Of a stretch of 64,000 nucleotides of DNA, positions 27,001-39,693 are shown piece after piece (positions within the stretch are counted from its first letter, which is position 1; the number at the start of each line of letters is the position of its first letter). The notes under the pieces were generated by a model. The model was not told the DNA's origin. It searched no databases and saw only the letters and a program-made list of their open reading frames with translations. Location: assembly GCA_051294375.1 (NCBI GenBank), contig CM119266.1:18408087-18472086 (forward strand), given 5' to 3'. A program made the translations under genes and the position numbers. This stretch comes from Paraspadella gotoi. Taxonomy: Eukaryota > Animalia > Chaetognatha.

Positions 27001-27799
27001 ACATTATTAACTAAAGAGTAAAGGGTCATAAATGTTGATGGCTGCATCTGCACCTTTCATTTCTTCGCCAAAGGGATATCTCATGGTGTCGGCCAGAGGC
27101 GCCAAATCTTTCTCCAACAAATCGATCAATCGCGTGGATCCAGTCAGCGATTTCACGTACTGAATTTAAAAGAATAAAAAGAGCTCGGACGATAATAGTC
27201 GGGCAAAGGTTAATTTAACTTTTTTCAGTTCAGACGTGAAATGTTTCTCTTTTTGTTCTGGGAGGGTAAAATGTTTGCCTTTTTGTTCTTAAAGCGATAA
27301 GTTGTGTTTAAAACATCACTACTAAAAGCCGCCTCACCACTCACTAGTTTTTTCCAGCCTCGTCTCAAGCGTGGATACCCGGGGATCCCGGTTCTGGCTG
27401 GTGACGGGACCGATTTAAACAAACTAGTAACCGCAACCCTTACGCAAGTTGGAGAGATACGCCCCGCCGCCGCCGATTTCCCCTACATTCTCAACATCAC
27501 GATACCTTTTTTATATGCGTGATAAGCGCGCGAAGATGTCCTGCCCGAGGCCTCACGACCTCGTCCCATCTTTGCTCGGGCGGGGCGTCGAGATCCACTA
27601 CGCCCCACCCCACGGCGGTGCTGCGGTTTTTCGGAGGGTAACGGCCCTCTTCGCAGGTCCAGGAGTCGGCGGCGTCGACGACGACGGAGACGGCGGGGTC
27701 GACAGAACGGAGTTGTGGCGACTCTACATTGGAAAGAGCCTTCTGGGCCAAGGTGGCGACGATGGCGGCGACAAAGATAACAACCGTCTCCAACTTCAT
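24049..27799 (-). CDS. ASAH1: Acid ceramidase, copy 2
   Basis: [19 protein letters not shown] signal peptide; [16 protein letters not shown]; catalytic Ntn-hydrolase Cys in [11 protein letters not shown] (~26040); [10 protein letters not shown]; C-terminus CKHPCDPF*. A few residual indels. Confidence 0.92.
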
Positions 27800-28277
27800 C
27801 GCTTTTGGTCTTGAGTTTTATATTATAGGTTTTTCTTGTTTACCTTTAATACTAATTTTTTTTTATTCTCCCATAAATCAGTCTTGTCCAAGGAAGAATC
27901 ACTATTTAGCTTTATTCGGGAATATCACTGGTTGATTTTTTAATGTTTTTTGACCAATCGATTAAAAAATCCATCTCGTTTTCAACTATTGTTTTTTGTC
28001 TCAAATGTTTTGCCAAAACTTAAAAATACATTCAGATAGATTCATAAAATTTAATGAAAAAAATTGAACAATTATAAAATTTAATACGTAACAGAAGAAA
28101 GTAAATTTTCAACGACTGTTGAAACAGAGAAAAAAAAACATGAAAAAACGAAATTTGTCTTATCTGAGACCAAACTCCACTTCATTAGGGCTCTTTTCGA
28201 TAAACGCACTTTATTTTTATTCATCTTTGCATCATTTCAGTTGATCTCTGTTTCTTTTCATCTCGGCTCCATTCCGA

Positions 28278-31200
28278 CTACGAAATGTCCTCGTCAGAGT
28301 CTGAGGCTGCGCCGGGATGTTGCTCCATGGGATTGTAAGTCTCGTCGTCGTCTTGGTCGTCGTCATCCTCTTCCTCATCCTCTTCCTCATTTTCCCTCCT
28401 CAACCTCTCCACCTCCTCGTCGTCGACCACCTTCGTCATCTCCACCACCTGATCGAAGGGAAGGCCCGTCTTCTCTTCGTCGTCCGTCGCTTCGCCGTCG
28501 TCTGAAACGTCGTCGGTGTCCTCGGCCTTGACGGGGAGGGTAAAAAGGAAAGAGAGAGAGAGAGGCAGAGAAAATGAAAGAGGGACATAAAGAGAGAGAG
28601 AGAGAGGTAGAAAAGTAAAAACTTAATCTAAATTCTAAAAAGTAAAAACTTAATATAAATTCTTCTTTGTCTTATAAACCTTTTTTTTCTCTTCTTCTTC
28701 TTCTTCGGCTTCACGCTTTTCTTTCCTTTTTTTCTCTTCCTCCTCTTGGCGACGCACCCAATCGACGTGCCCCTCCTCGCCTGGCGGCGGCACAGATTCT
28801 TCCCCCGGCGCAGCCGAGTCTTCCCGCGGCGCAGCCGAGTCCTCCCGCGGCGCAGCCGAGTCTTCCCCCTTTGCAGCCGAGTCTTCTCGCGGCTCAGCCG
28901 AATCTTCCCGCGGCTCAGCCGAATCTTCCCGCGGCTCAGCCGAATCTTCCCGCGGCTCAGCCGAATCTTCCCGCGGCTCAGCCGAATCTTCCCGCGGCTC
29001 AGCCGAATCTTCCCGCGGCTCAGCCGAATCTTCCCGCGGCTCAGCCGAGTCTTCTAGAGAAACTCCTGAATCCTCCGGCATAGCTGCCGAGTCTTCCGGG
29101 GGGGCAGCTGAGTCTTCTGGGGGGGCTGCGGAAGTTTCAGACGGAGCCACCTCAACTAAAGACGGCGATGCCGCAGCCGAATCGACATCCATTCCTTCCG
29201 CCGTGTCACCATCAGGGTTTTTATCCGCTTCAGCCACATCCGCCGCCGCGCCGCCCATCCCCGTCGCCACTTCTTTTTCCAAATCCTCTTCCACCGCGTC
29301 CGTCTCCATCGCCTCCTCTTCTTTCCTATCATCCTCCCCTTCCTCCTTCTTTCTCTTCCCCTTCTTCTTCAACCCCATCCTGACATCTAAATCCTCGGCC
29401 TCTTCTCCCACCTCGTTGACGATAATCTCCTCCTTCTCTTCCTCTTTCACTTCCTCTTCCTTCTCCTCGGCCTTCGCCTCGGGCGGCGGCTGCCAGTCGT
29501 CCTTCGCCCTCGCCTTCTCCTCCTCGATTCTCTCTGCGATGAAGTTGATCTTTTGGGAGAACATATCGAAGACGAACTGGGCCATGTGGGGCATGTTCTG
29601 ACATGGAGGAAAAAAGATTGGATTAAGTATCGCGTAAGAGGGTTTAGGCCAAGTGGCTTACATTGGCACGGGAAAGCCATCCAGGGAATGTTCTGACATG
29701 ACGCAGGGAAATTAAGGATAAACTCATCCGGGTTATTTTCTCACTTAAAGAAAGAATCATGGCTCATGGGTTAAGCTGTGTGATCCTGAAAAACCTGAAA
29801 ATCATGTGATCCCTAAAACATTTCTACGGCTAAAACGTTTTTTCCACCCACCTCGATAATAAGAGGTTTGTTGTTGGGTTCGGCGTCCCACGGCCGCTGC
29901 GTCGGAAACAGCTCCCACGGCGCGAGATGCAGCTGCGTCGGACGGGAGCACAACTGTGAAAAAGCGGGGGTGAGTTCGTAGCAGTTGCGGAAGAGCGAGA
30001 CGCGGCCGAAGATGTAGAGGCCGAGTCGAGCGCGGGACCTGAGACGGGGGAGTCGTTGAGGGATCACTTGATCAAGAGAATGGGATTCACACTCATTCCA
30101 ACAAGACAGGCTAACTCACATGGCGACGATAAGGCGCCTGACGTCGCGGAGATGACCCACGGTTTTTGTTCGTACGAGCGAGAGGAGGATGAAGTCGTTT
30201 TGTTGTCCTTGGAAACGATCCACTGTCGTCACCTGAGAAGGAGAAAGTTTATATTGGAGGCTTAACGGAAACAGAGGGAGAGAGAGGCGTAACCAGATTC
30301 TTCGACCCACCTTGGAAGGAAATCCCAGCATGGGATTATTGCCGCATCTCCGATGCAGCACGTCGCGGATGAGATGCTTCTGCCCGTTGTATGTGGTGAG
30401 GATGGAGATCTTCTGCGCGGGATAACCCAGAGTCCGCATGTACATGAAAGTCGCCACCACAAACTCTGCCTCCGCCAGATTTTGGTAGAAGTGTGGGTTG
30501 GGTTCGGATTCCCCGACGCCGTTAAAGTCTTCAACGTTTATCACCTGGAGAGAAATGATTGAGAGAAGGAAGTGAATGAGGGAAGAAATAAATCGGGGAA
30601 GAAATGAATACATAAAGGGAAAAGTGAAAGAGATAAAAATTGAATGAGGGAAGAAATAAACAAGGGAAAAATTAATCGGGAAAGAATTAATACCTGGTGA
30701 TCGTAAAAGAATCCAGCGTTGGCGACTTTGAACTCAGGATAACTGTAGATGTGAGGGAGATTGCCCAACTTTTTATATCTCCAACTGTAGAGGCCGCTAA
30801 TCGTGGGTCTGGCTCTGCCTTGGGCATCAAGGTCCACAGTGGGAACGCCGAGTCGGACGAACCTGGGGCAAGGATAAAGTCAATAACTATCAACTATCAT
30901 TTGTATTCGTTTGCCTTCTCCTCGTCTTAAATCTACTATTTTCTTACCTTGTGAAGAGAGACTGTTCCATGTTGGAATATTTTTGGAAGCTCATGTTTTT
31001 GATGACGGGCGGGAGTTGGTGGTGATCTCCGATCATGATCCACCTGAGATAAGAAAGGAATTTGTCGATTCACCTTCCTTATCTCACCCCTTTCCTCGAC
31101 CACGAACTCACCTTTTCAATCGGTTGGATCCGTCGAGCTCCGGGTTTTGCAGCAGCAGCGGGATAAAAGTCTCGATCTCAAGGATCTGCGCCGATTCTTC

Positions 31201-34200
31201 CATGATGACATTGTCGTACTTGAAGCCCGCCTTTGATAAAAAGCGGGACGGGTTTTTGAATATTTATTAATCAATAAACATTATTAAATAAGTATTAGAG
31301 ACAAAATGACCCCTACCTTGACAAAGTCCTTTCTCTTTAGCGCAGCATGAGTACAAGTCATGGCGATGATCTTGGCTTCCTTGATGAGCAGATACTTGGC
31401 ACGATCGGCTCCCGTCCTCAGCAATTCGAAGGCGCGATATTCCTCCAACTGTTCGAAGATCTTCTTGATGTAGCGGTAGCAGCCCTCGGCGACTTCGGTG
31501 TCGCGGCGAAGGCTCTTGCCTGGGAAGAGGGGCTGAGGGGCGTTGGCAAAGAAGGCGGTGAAGGGGAAGACGACGCCGACGCGGGAGGCAGCGGGTGGAG
31601 GGGTGGGAAGTTCGGTGGCGGCCGCCGAAACGGCGGGGACGGGAAGTTCGGCTTCGAAGGAGGCGTCGTGGTCGACGTGATTTCGACGAAGAGCGGCCAG
31701 TTTTACGTGGAATGTTTCCCATCTGAAAGGGTCAGAGTCTCAATCATTTTTCTAACTTTACTAACTATGACGCTGATAAACCTGGCGAGGATCTGATGCA
31801 AGTAAAAATGCCCGGCCGTCTCGCAAGTGTAGCCGACGTCACCCGGGACGTCGATACTCTTCTGAAGCCGCCCCACCTCCTCCAGCAACTCCAGCCGATG
31901 AGCGAGGACATAGTTGACGCGACCATATTTGGAGAAGTCCTTCTCGGTGGCTAACATCTCCTCGCCTCGACCCATGCGGAGAAGGTGGCGCTCATCGATG
32001 TCCAGCGCCATCACCTGGGTGTAGAGGCAACATAATTCATGTTATTCATTAAAATCAATTAAAAATTAGGAGAGGTATCCCGTGAGCCAAATCGATTGAC
32101 ACGAAGTAAAATTAATGATACATGACTTATCAAACATTAAGAAAAATATTTTATGCCATTTGATAGAAAAATAGTTTTTGAAATGCCCAAAATATTGATT
32201 AAAATGGGTTTAAAACATCCTTAAAATGCCTCCCGAACATATTGGGACAAACTCAACGCTAGAAAAAATTATCCCTCATCAAGCAAAGATGGTTTTTTTA
32301 AAGATGATTCAGTTTCTTACCCAGTCAAAATTTTTATATAGTTTTGATTTCTTTTGCAAGACTTCTTTAGTGACAAATTACTTTAAAAAAATTTTATATG
32401 TGATAGGTTGGAACTTCAGAACAACTGCATTACTTCCCTCTGCTTAACTTTTGGTAAAAAAAATTGATGCAGTTGATGGTGTGTTGTATTGGTTACTATA
32501 TTTTTTTGAAACAACTCCTGTTTAAAAGGTAAACAAATCATACTGTTAGCCACAGCTGCTTTTCATACTTTCCCATGTTTAACTTGCCAATTATGATCAG
32601 CGCACACAGATCTGCATCTTCTCAACAATCATGTTATCCCTAATTTTGATGCTTTAATGTTGTTAAGCGAAGCTTCTTAAATTGCTTGCCCAAAGGCCTG
32701 AGAATAAATCTCTTATAAACCAACTGCCCTTCTGGACCTTGTACAGGTCAACAAAGCTGAAAATATTTATATTGTAATCTTGGATACTGAATTAAAACTT
32801 ATTCATTGCGCTTGATTATTAAGAGATGCGATGAGCCATCGATTTGACGACTTTGACATCTTCACAAAAAAAAACTAATTTAAAGTTGTTAATAAAGATG
32901 AATTTAAAAAAAGATGAGTCAGTCGATAGAGTAAACCGTGTCACTGGATTTGGCTCACTGGGTAAGTACCTTCTCGAAGAGTTGATTGAGCGCTTGATTG
33001 GAGTGTGTGATGATGAGCGTGCGCTCCTTCGGAAAGTTGTGATAAATGTTGGATATGATCTGGACGGCAACGTCGGTCTTCCCAGTACCGGGCGGACCAA
33101 CCACCATGGTGAGACCATTTTGCATGCCGGATCGAATGGCTTCGATCTGGGAAGAGAAAGAAGAAAAATCTTAAAGCGCGATTACTTAGTCAATAGAGGA
33201 AAAGCACTATAAACAAAGCTTACCTGGGTTGGCGTGAACGGGACGGCGTTTTTCTTTGGAACCAAAAACGGATAAGGTCCTCTGGACGGGATCGCGTACG
33301 GCTCGACGATTAATTTGGGCTTCGGTCTGTGACTCAGCCGGCGCGCACGAGACGCGGCTGCCGCTGCTGCGGAGGCCGCAGCGACTTGGGGTTTTTCCTC
33401 CCCATTCTCTACTTTCTTCTCTTCCTCCGATTTCTCCTCCTTCGTCTCCTCCTTCCTCTCCGTCTCCTCGCCTTCCCCTTTAGCCGCCTTCTCAACAGGC
33501 TCTTCCTCCCCTATCTCTTCCGCCCCTCGTTTCTTCGCCTTCTTTTTCCTTTTTTTCTTGCTCTTCTTCGCCTCCTCGTCTTCTTCCTCTTCCTCCTCCA
33601 ACTCTGGGAAGGTGAGTCTGAAGGGAGGTTTGGCAAGGGAGACAACGTCTTCGTCGAGATCGTCGTCCACGGCGACGACGACCTTTAGGAGCAAAGAAGA
33701 AAATAGGGTTTTTATGTTCGAATTTATTCATTAAAATTCAATTAGTCATTCATTTATAAGCTCATTGATCCATCCTTGAAGTCATTTCTTTATTGCGTCA
33801 CCTCGTGATCCGGGAAGGAGTTCTTGAGATGATCAAGTGACAAGAATGTGTCGTTAAAATCCATGGTCGCGGCGGCAGCTTTGGCGGCGCTTCCGGGTCG
33901 ATTCTTCATTTTGGTGTAGTGAGCCGCCCCGGGATCGCCGTAGCCCAGAACGATATCGACGAGCCAGTTGGGGACGACGCAGTCGGTGTTCATCAACTCC
34001 CTGATCGTCTCCAGCACCGCCTTGAAGTTGTTCTCCTTTGGCTTCCGTCGCATCAAGATGTTGAAGGTGTCGTAAACGTCCTCGTGGCCTTCAGAGGTGC
34101 GTTGCATGTCCTGGAGGATGAAGAGGACGAGAAAGATGAATTCCAAAGCGAAGGAAGAAAAGAGAGATCGGCAACTCACCTGCTGATATTGATTGCAATC

Positions 34201-37200
34201 AAGCCAAACGCGGTAGGTACGGCGCTGACCCGGCAACTTGGGCGGCGGCTCTGGCCCTTCCTCGATAACCCGACCCTGCTCGTCCAGCATGCCCTCCACC
34301 TCGCAGCCGCGGACGTAAGTAAGACCCACTTGGGGGATGAAGGGTTTTTTGTAGTCGTATCTGGGGTCATGGATGGTAACGGATGGGTTTTGGTGAAAAG
34401 AGGGAAGAATATGCACGCCGTAAAATAAATGAGTTAATTCATAAATCCCCATTAAATCAAATTCCTTTGGTTAATTAGATTATTTAGTACTAATTTCCAA
34501 TAAGTACATACATCGAATATTAAGAGAAAGACTTAAATTCTTCTAAAAATCATCTCACTTCGTTCCGATTTGATTGGGTGCCCTCACGGTGACGAGGAAC
34601 ATGACGTCGTGTTTCCTGATTCCCTCCCACTCTTCGCGAATCTCGCGTCGCGAACTAAGGGTGACGGTGACGTCGGCGCGGACGGACGACGGACACGAAT
34701 ATCCGATGTTGGGCTTGGCCACTTCCACGATAGAGAATGAGAGGACAGCCTGGGCCATGCGAGCCCAACCACCGAGGACCGTGCCCACCGTCGCGTCTTC
34801 GGCCTGGGTTGAGTCAGAGGTAAGTCAAGAGTTTGTTTAATGTTTATGTATCACGTATACAGAAGGCTTCATATTAGAGAATGATATACTGTTTTTTGAG
34901 CCGAGAATCGGTTCCGGTATAACTACTGGACAAAATATGTTGAAATTTTGTATATATGATCATTTTAACTTTCATTCAATTTTAATTAGAGTAAAATTTA
35001 TAACTTTTACTACGCCTTATTGATCATTCAGGGAATATCGAGGCGAATTTCAATATTTGACCCCTGGGTAGAGATATGGGCCCCCCTTGGGGGCCACCGA
35101 TCAGCCACAGGGGCGGAAATAGGTATAATTATCAAAAATCCCATCGATAGTTCCTTTTTCATAGCCAGCGTCTACCTTCACGCCAAATTTTATCAAATTT
35201 GATTGAATAGTTTGTTCGGAACCGATTCTCGGTACGAAAAAACGGCGTATTGCCTTCTGTATTCATTTTGATATCATTTTGATATTTTTAAGTAAAATTT
35301 CTTTACTTTAAAGGGTTTCATCCGAACGACGTTGTCCTGAATGTCCTCCCTGATCTCGTAGGTGGACTCGAGGCGGAAGAGGGTGAAGTTTCTCAAGAGG
35401 TAATCATGGAGAGTGAGAAATTGAAGGTTGAGTTTGGGCAGAGCGAGACAACCTGTTTTGGTGTGAAAGAGAGTGAAGAAGCGACAAATCCAAATCAAGA
35501 TAAAGTCTCGAATCTCAAAAACGCAATCCAGCAACAACACTTACCCTCTCCAGAGTAATAAGCGGACGGAACGAGGTTTTCGTCCCAAATGACGTCCTCC
35601 GTCGGATAAAGCGGCATATCGTTGAGGGCATCCAACTGGGACACTCGACGCTCGCATCGTGTAACCAGAATCTCCAGCGCGAATTTCGTGTCAATAGCCT
35701 GATTTCAAACATGTCCGTTTAACTATGAAGCTCGTTGTTTGTAATCAAAAGCAAACTTAGATAAAAAGTGAAAAGCAAACTTAGATAAAAATGGAAAAGC
35801 AAACTTAGATAAAAAGGGGGGAAAAAATTAAAATTGGTTCAACTTTAGCAGAATTCCTTAATCTTATTTGAATATTGTAGAAATTTTAAATACCTAAATA
35901 AGTAGTACATAAGTTATAATGCTCTTATAATGCTCTTATAATGCTCTTCTTTCTAAGTCTAGGGTAATTGCCGATTAGAGAATTTGAGACTCATCACCAC
36001 ACTTTACATCATTTTCCATCACACATTACAAACCAACAACTTGCCCTCTCATCCAAACCAACCTCGAGCGCCTTCTCATCCTCCTCTGGCTTTGGCAGGA
36101 GATAAAGATGCGAGGCGACGCTAACGAGGTCGCGCTTCTCCAGCGACTGGAAGTGGCGCAGCAGCTGCGTCCGCGTGTCGACGCTGCCGACGTTGGCCAG
36201 AGAGAATTTGTTCAATTTGGCGCCAAATTCTTTGTAGGTCGCCTTGGAGATAGAAAAGTATTATGACCTTGTGTTTTATAGATGTTCCCTCTATTAGCAG
36301 TAAACATCTTCCGACCAACAATATATAAATAATATAGTGAAATAATTTAAAATAAAAAATCAAAAATAGAAATAAAACTTTATAAAAATCAAGAAAACCA
36401 TGTATAGGTTAAATAATAAAGAATAATTTTTTTGGAAATCTTAAAAAGGTAAAACAAATTTAAAAAAAAATTCATATATTATATAATCTATACATTGTAT
36501 TAAGGCGGAACAAGGTAAAAATTAAGATTTCTGTAATATAAAAACGTTAGAGCATCCCTGTAGGATAACGAAATTTAAAAAAAATTTAAAGTTTTATTTA
36601 TAGTTATTAACATAGACGCATTTAAAGTCAGTATAAAAGGAGATTGACCGACGCGAGTCTATTACCCCTCTCCTTATAATTCACCTTCTCTTCTTCCTCT
36701 TCTTCCTCCTCCCAGGGATTCGGGGCCGCGTTCTCGAGGTTCAGTTCACCTTTCTCTCTCTTCTCCTACTAGTTTTTTCCCCTTTTTTACCCTCATTATT
36801 TTTTTATTTTTTTTATTTTCCTGCCGTCAATATATTATTTTCCCGCATTCTCATGACTTTACTTTCGGTTAGGTTACCTTTTCAGAGAAAGTTCATCGTA
36901 TCAGATTAAAAAAATCTTAACAAGTTTGCAAATGACGATTTTTCTTTAGCGGCGGGCTGTCGTGGGTCACCTTGTATTTAACCCACGTATCATCGAAATA
37001 TTGAAAAACGAATTATACTTTGTATAAACAACTTTTTATGGGCCATCTGAATCCGTTCTTAAAAATTAAAATTTTTTCTTTCATTGCCTATTTATATATT
37101 TAATATTCATTGATAAATATTTAAATGCTTCAATGTTATACTGTGCTTCACTAGTTAAAGTATATGATGGACAAATAAATTTTGTATTACAGAACTCCTT

Positions 37201-38990
37201 ATGATAAAAAGTGATCAATTTTGGACCGCCTTAATCTATATATATATAATGTCTAATATATAATTTATATCAATATAATCTATATATAATCTATGTCTTT
37301 ATCTAATATATTATAGAGATTAATTAATTATTTGATTATCAATAAATTAAAAAATAATTATTAGCAGAATGAATTTAATTAGGTACGTAACTTAGCTAGT
37401 GGAACAATTATTTCACTTTAGATCACCCTTTCCCCCACTGTCCAACCTTCTGCAGCGAAGTGAAGTCGTTGTAATGCTGCAAAAGCATTTGCCCATCGGT
37501 CAAGGCCTCTCCGCTGAAGTCGTCGATCTCGAATCCCTCGTAAAACCTCAGCCTCTCCAGCAGCTGAGCAAATAGTCGCCCCTCGTCGTCGCGCATCTCG
37601 ACTGCGAGTTTGGAGAGGGCGCAGCGTACAACGGCGTGGGAGGCGTGGAGGATGGCGTTGAAGAAGCGACGCGTCGGGAGAAGCGCTTCCAAATCTGTGA
37701 GGAGTTCGAGGACGCGTTCAACATAGCGGAGCCGATGTCGGTCGAGCTCTCCGGAAGGAAGAGGCTCGTGGACGGTAGAAACGACGGAGAGGAAACGATG
37801 GATGAGAAGTCTGTGTTGGAAGGGAGAGGGGGAAAAAGAGAGGGAGGGGGGGGAGAGTAAGAGAGATGTTAAAATGAGAGGGACAGACGGATTGTCGGAA
37901 TGTAGATAGCAAAGATTAAATTCTTTCATCTCATATGCATATTCTAGCAGAAAATAGTCTCACATCATATTTTCGTTTAAAACCTGAGAAAATCCGCGTC
38001 TTCCCTCCTCCTCTCCGCGTCCTCGTCCGCCTCCCCTACCACCACCGCCATCTTCTTCTCCACCGACGCCCAAATCTTCCTGAGCTTCTTCGACTTTTCG
38101 AGTTCGGCCTCTCGTCGCGCGGGATGGAGACCCGACCAGATCTGGAGAGACACGAGCTTCTGGATCTCGAGTCGAACCATATCCACCTCGACAGAGTTGA
38201 AGCAGTGGATGACGAAGATCACGAGCGCGGTCTGTTCGCGGAAGGTGAAGGAGGAGGAGGCGGGGGCGGCCGCGGAAGTGGCTGCGTCGGGGGCGGAATC
38301 GTGGCCATCGGGGCGGAGCAGCGCCTCACGGACGCGGCGAAAAAAACCTGTACACGCGAGCGAGCGAGTTAAGTCGAGAAATTTAAAAGAAACCAAGTCG
38401 TGCGGCGAATTAAAACTGATCTCAGCTGAAAAAATATATATATATAAAAAAAGAATCTTCAACTTAAACTAGCGACACGACAATTGAAATTAAATTTAAC
38501 ACGCGCGTCTCACCCGGAAATATGTCAGGCCGACTCCTGATAGAAGTCCAGGCCGGGACGCGTTCCCGGAACTTTTCGTTGACAACGACGACGATGGACA
38601 TGAGATGCGCCTTCGACGAAGTTGATGGGTCGAAGTTGGGCCACAAGTAGCACTCGAGGTATTGACTGTGATGGGGAAAGGGTTGCTGTAGTGTTAAGAC
38701 CTATACGAATTTACCGATTCCATCCAATCTCTTCCCCATCAGATATACCTGTACTCCAGCAGCATTATCCTTCTGACGTTGTACAGCGTCCCGTCGATCT
38801 CCTTCCGGTAGATGTCGTCAATGAGTCGAGGTTCGTAAGGTTTTTTCTTGGCGGCGCTGAACGGCGCCCAGTACTCGTTGGCGATACGAGTCAGTCGGTC
38901 AGTCTCGATCTGGTCCACCGTTGGGTTCGCGGCGCCGCGGGTGGTGGTCGAATTGGCGCCGGCGACGCCGCGTGCGGATGCTGTCGGCAT
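28278..38990 (-). CDS. AQR: RNA helicase aquarius (intron-binding complex), complete copy with long acidic C-terminal extension
   Basis: N-terminus [21 protein letters not shown]; [13 protein letters not shown]; [15 protein letters not shown]; Walker A GPPGTGKT (33075-33098); [22 protein letters not shown]; [12 protein letters not shown]; RARLGLYIF. Confidence 0.95.
28808..29053. repeat. 21-bp coding minisatellite encoding (EDSAEPR)n, copy 2
   Basis: About 12 units, translated in ORF 28650..29594. Confidence 0.92.
34886..35250. mobile_element. ~365-bp MITE in an AQR intron, copy 2
   Basis: Imperfect ~33-bp TIRs (ccgagaatcggttccg / cggaaccgattctcgg). Confidence 0.65.
36504..37230. mobile_element. 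TTAA-flanked MITE (Kolobok-like)
   Basis: TTAA|GGCGGaacaa ... ttggaCCGCC|TTAA. A TTAA target with RR..YY ends is typical of Kolobok. Confidence 0.78.
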
Positions 38991-39693
38991 GACAACTCGG
39001 AAATATTTTTTCGATTTTAGTTAACAGAATTAAACGCTGCTTTGTTTTTGCAGTTTTTAAACCCTACATTTTTTTCAAGAAGGGGAAAAATGAGCAACGA
39101 GGAAAATTTAATTAAATAAGGGATGAAAACAAAACGACGATTTTCGGAATCAAAATCTAAATGTTAAAAAAACAAAAAAAACAAAACATAAGTGCCGATA
39201 CTATTAATATTACTATCAAGTATCTAATAAAACTGACAAAACTTTTTTTTCTCTTCCACACTTAAAAAAAATTAACTGAAAATATAAAAAAAAATTATAG
39301 AGCTATTAATTTAAAATAGTTAAACCAAAACTCCCCTTCCGTTAAACCAATTTTTAAATAGTTTCCCATCGCAACGAAATGATAAAACCGTTCCCCATAT
39401 TTTTTTCGTGGAGAAAAAGCAGTAGTAGTCTGGGGACGAAGAAAGACAAAAGAACAAAAGAGAAAATAAATGATTTCATCATATGAAGAAAAACAAATGT
39501 AGAAGCACCGAAAAAAAGACTATGAAAACCAAAAACGGCGCTTGAGAGCGAAAACAACAGAAGGGGAACAGAGAGAAGAAAGACCCTTCATCATTGTCTC
39601 GATTCCAGGACTCATTGACTCTCTGATCGAAACCTGGACGAGATTCGCAACCTAAATATAAAGAACATCCGGAGATGAGTTTCAACGAAGACT

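Larger units (their letters stand above)
23867..38373. repeat. ~14.5-kb duplicated block, copy 2
   Basis: Collinear with 8400-22796 and continues seamlessly into the first AQR exons. Confidence 0.95.

Noticed and set aside
28808-29053. 21-bp repeat array as a CRISPR array
   Set aside because: Contiguous tandem units without unique spacers, in frame within a eukaryotic exon, and no cas genes.
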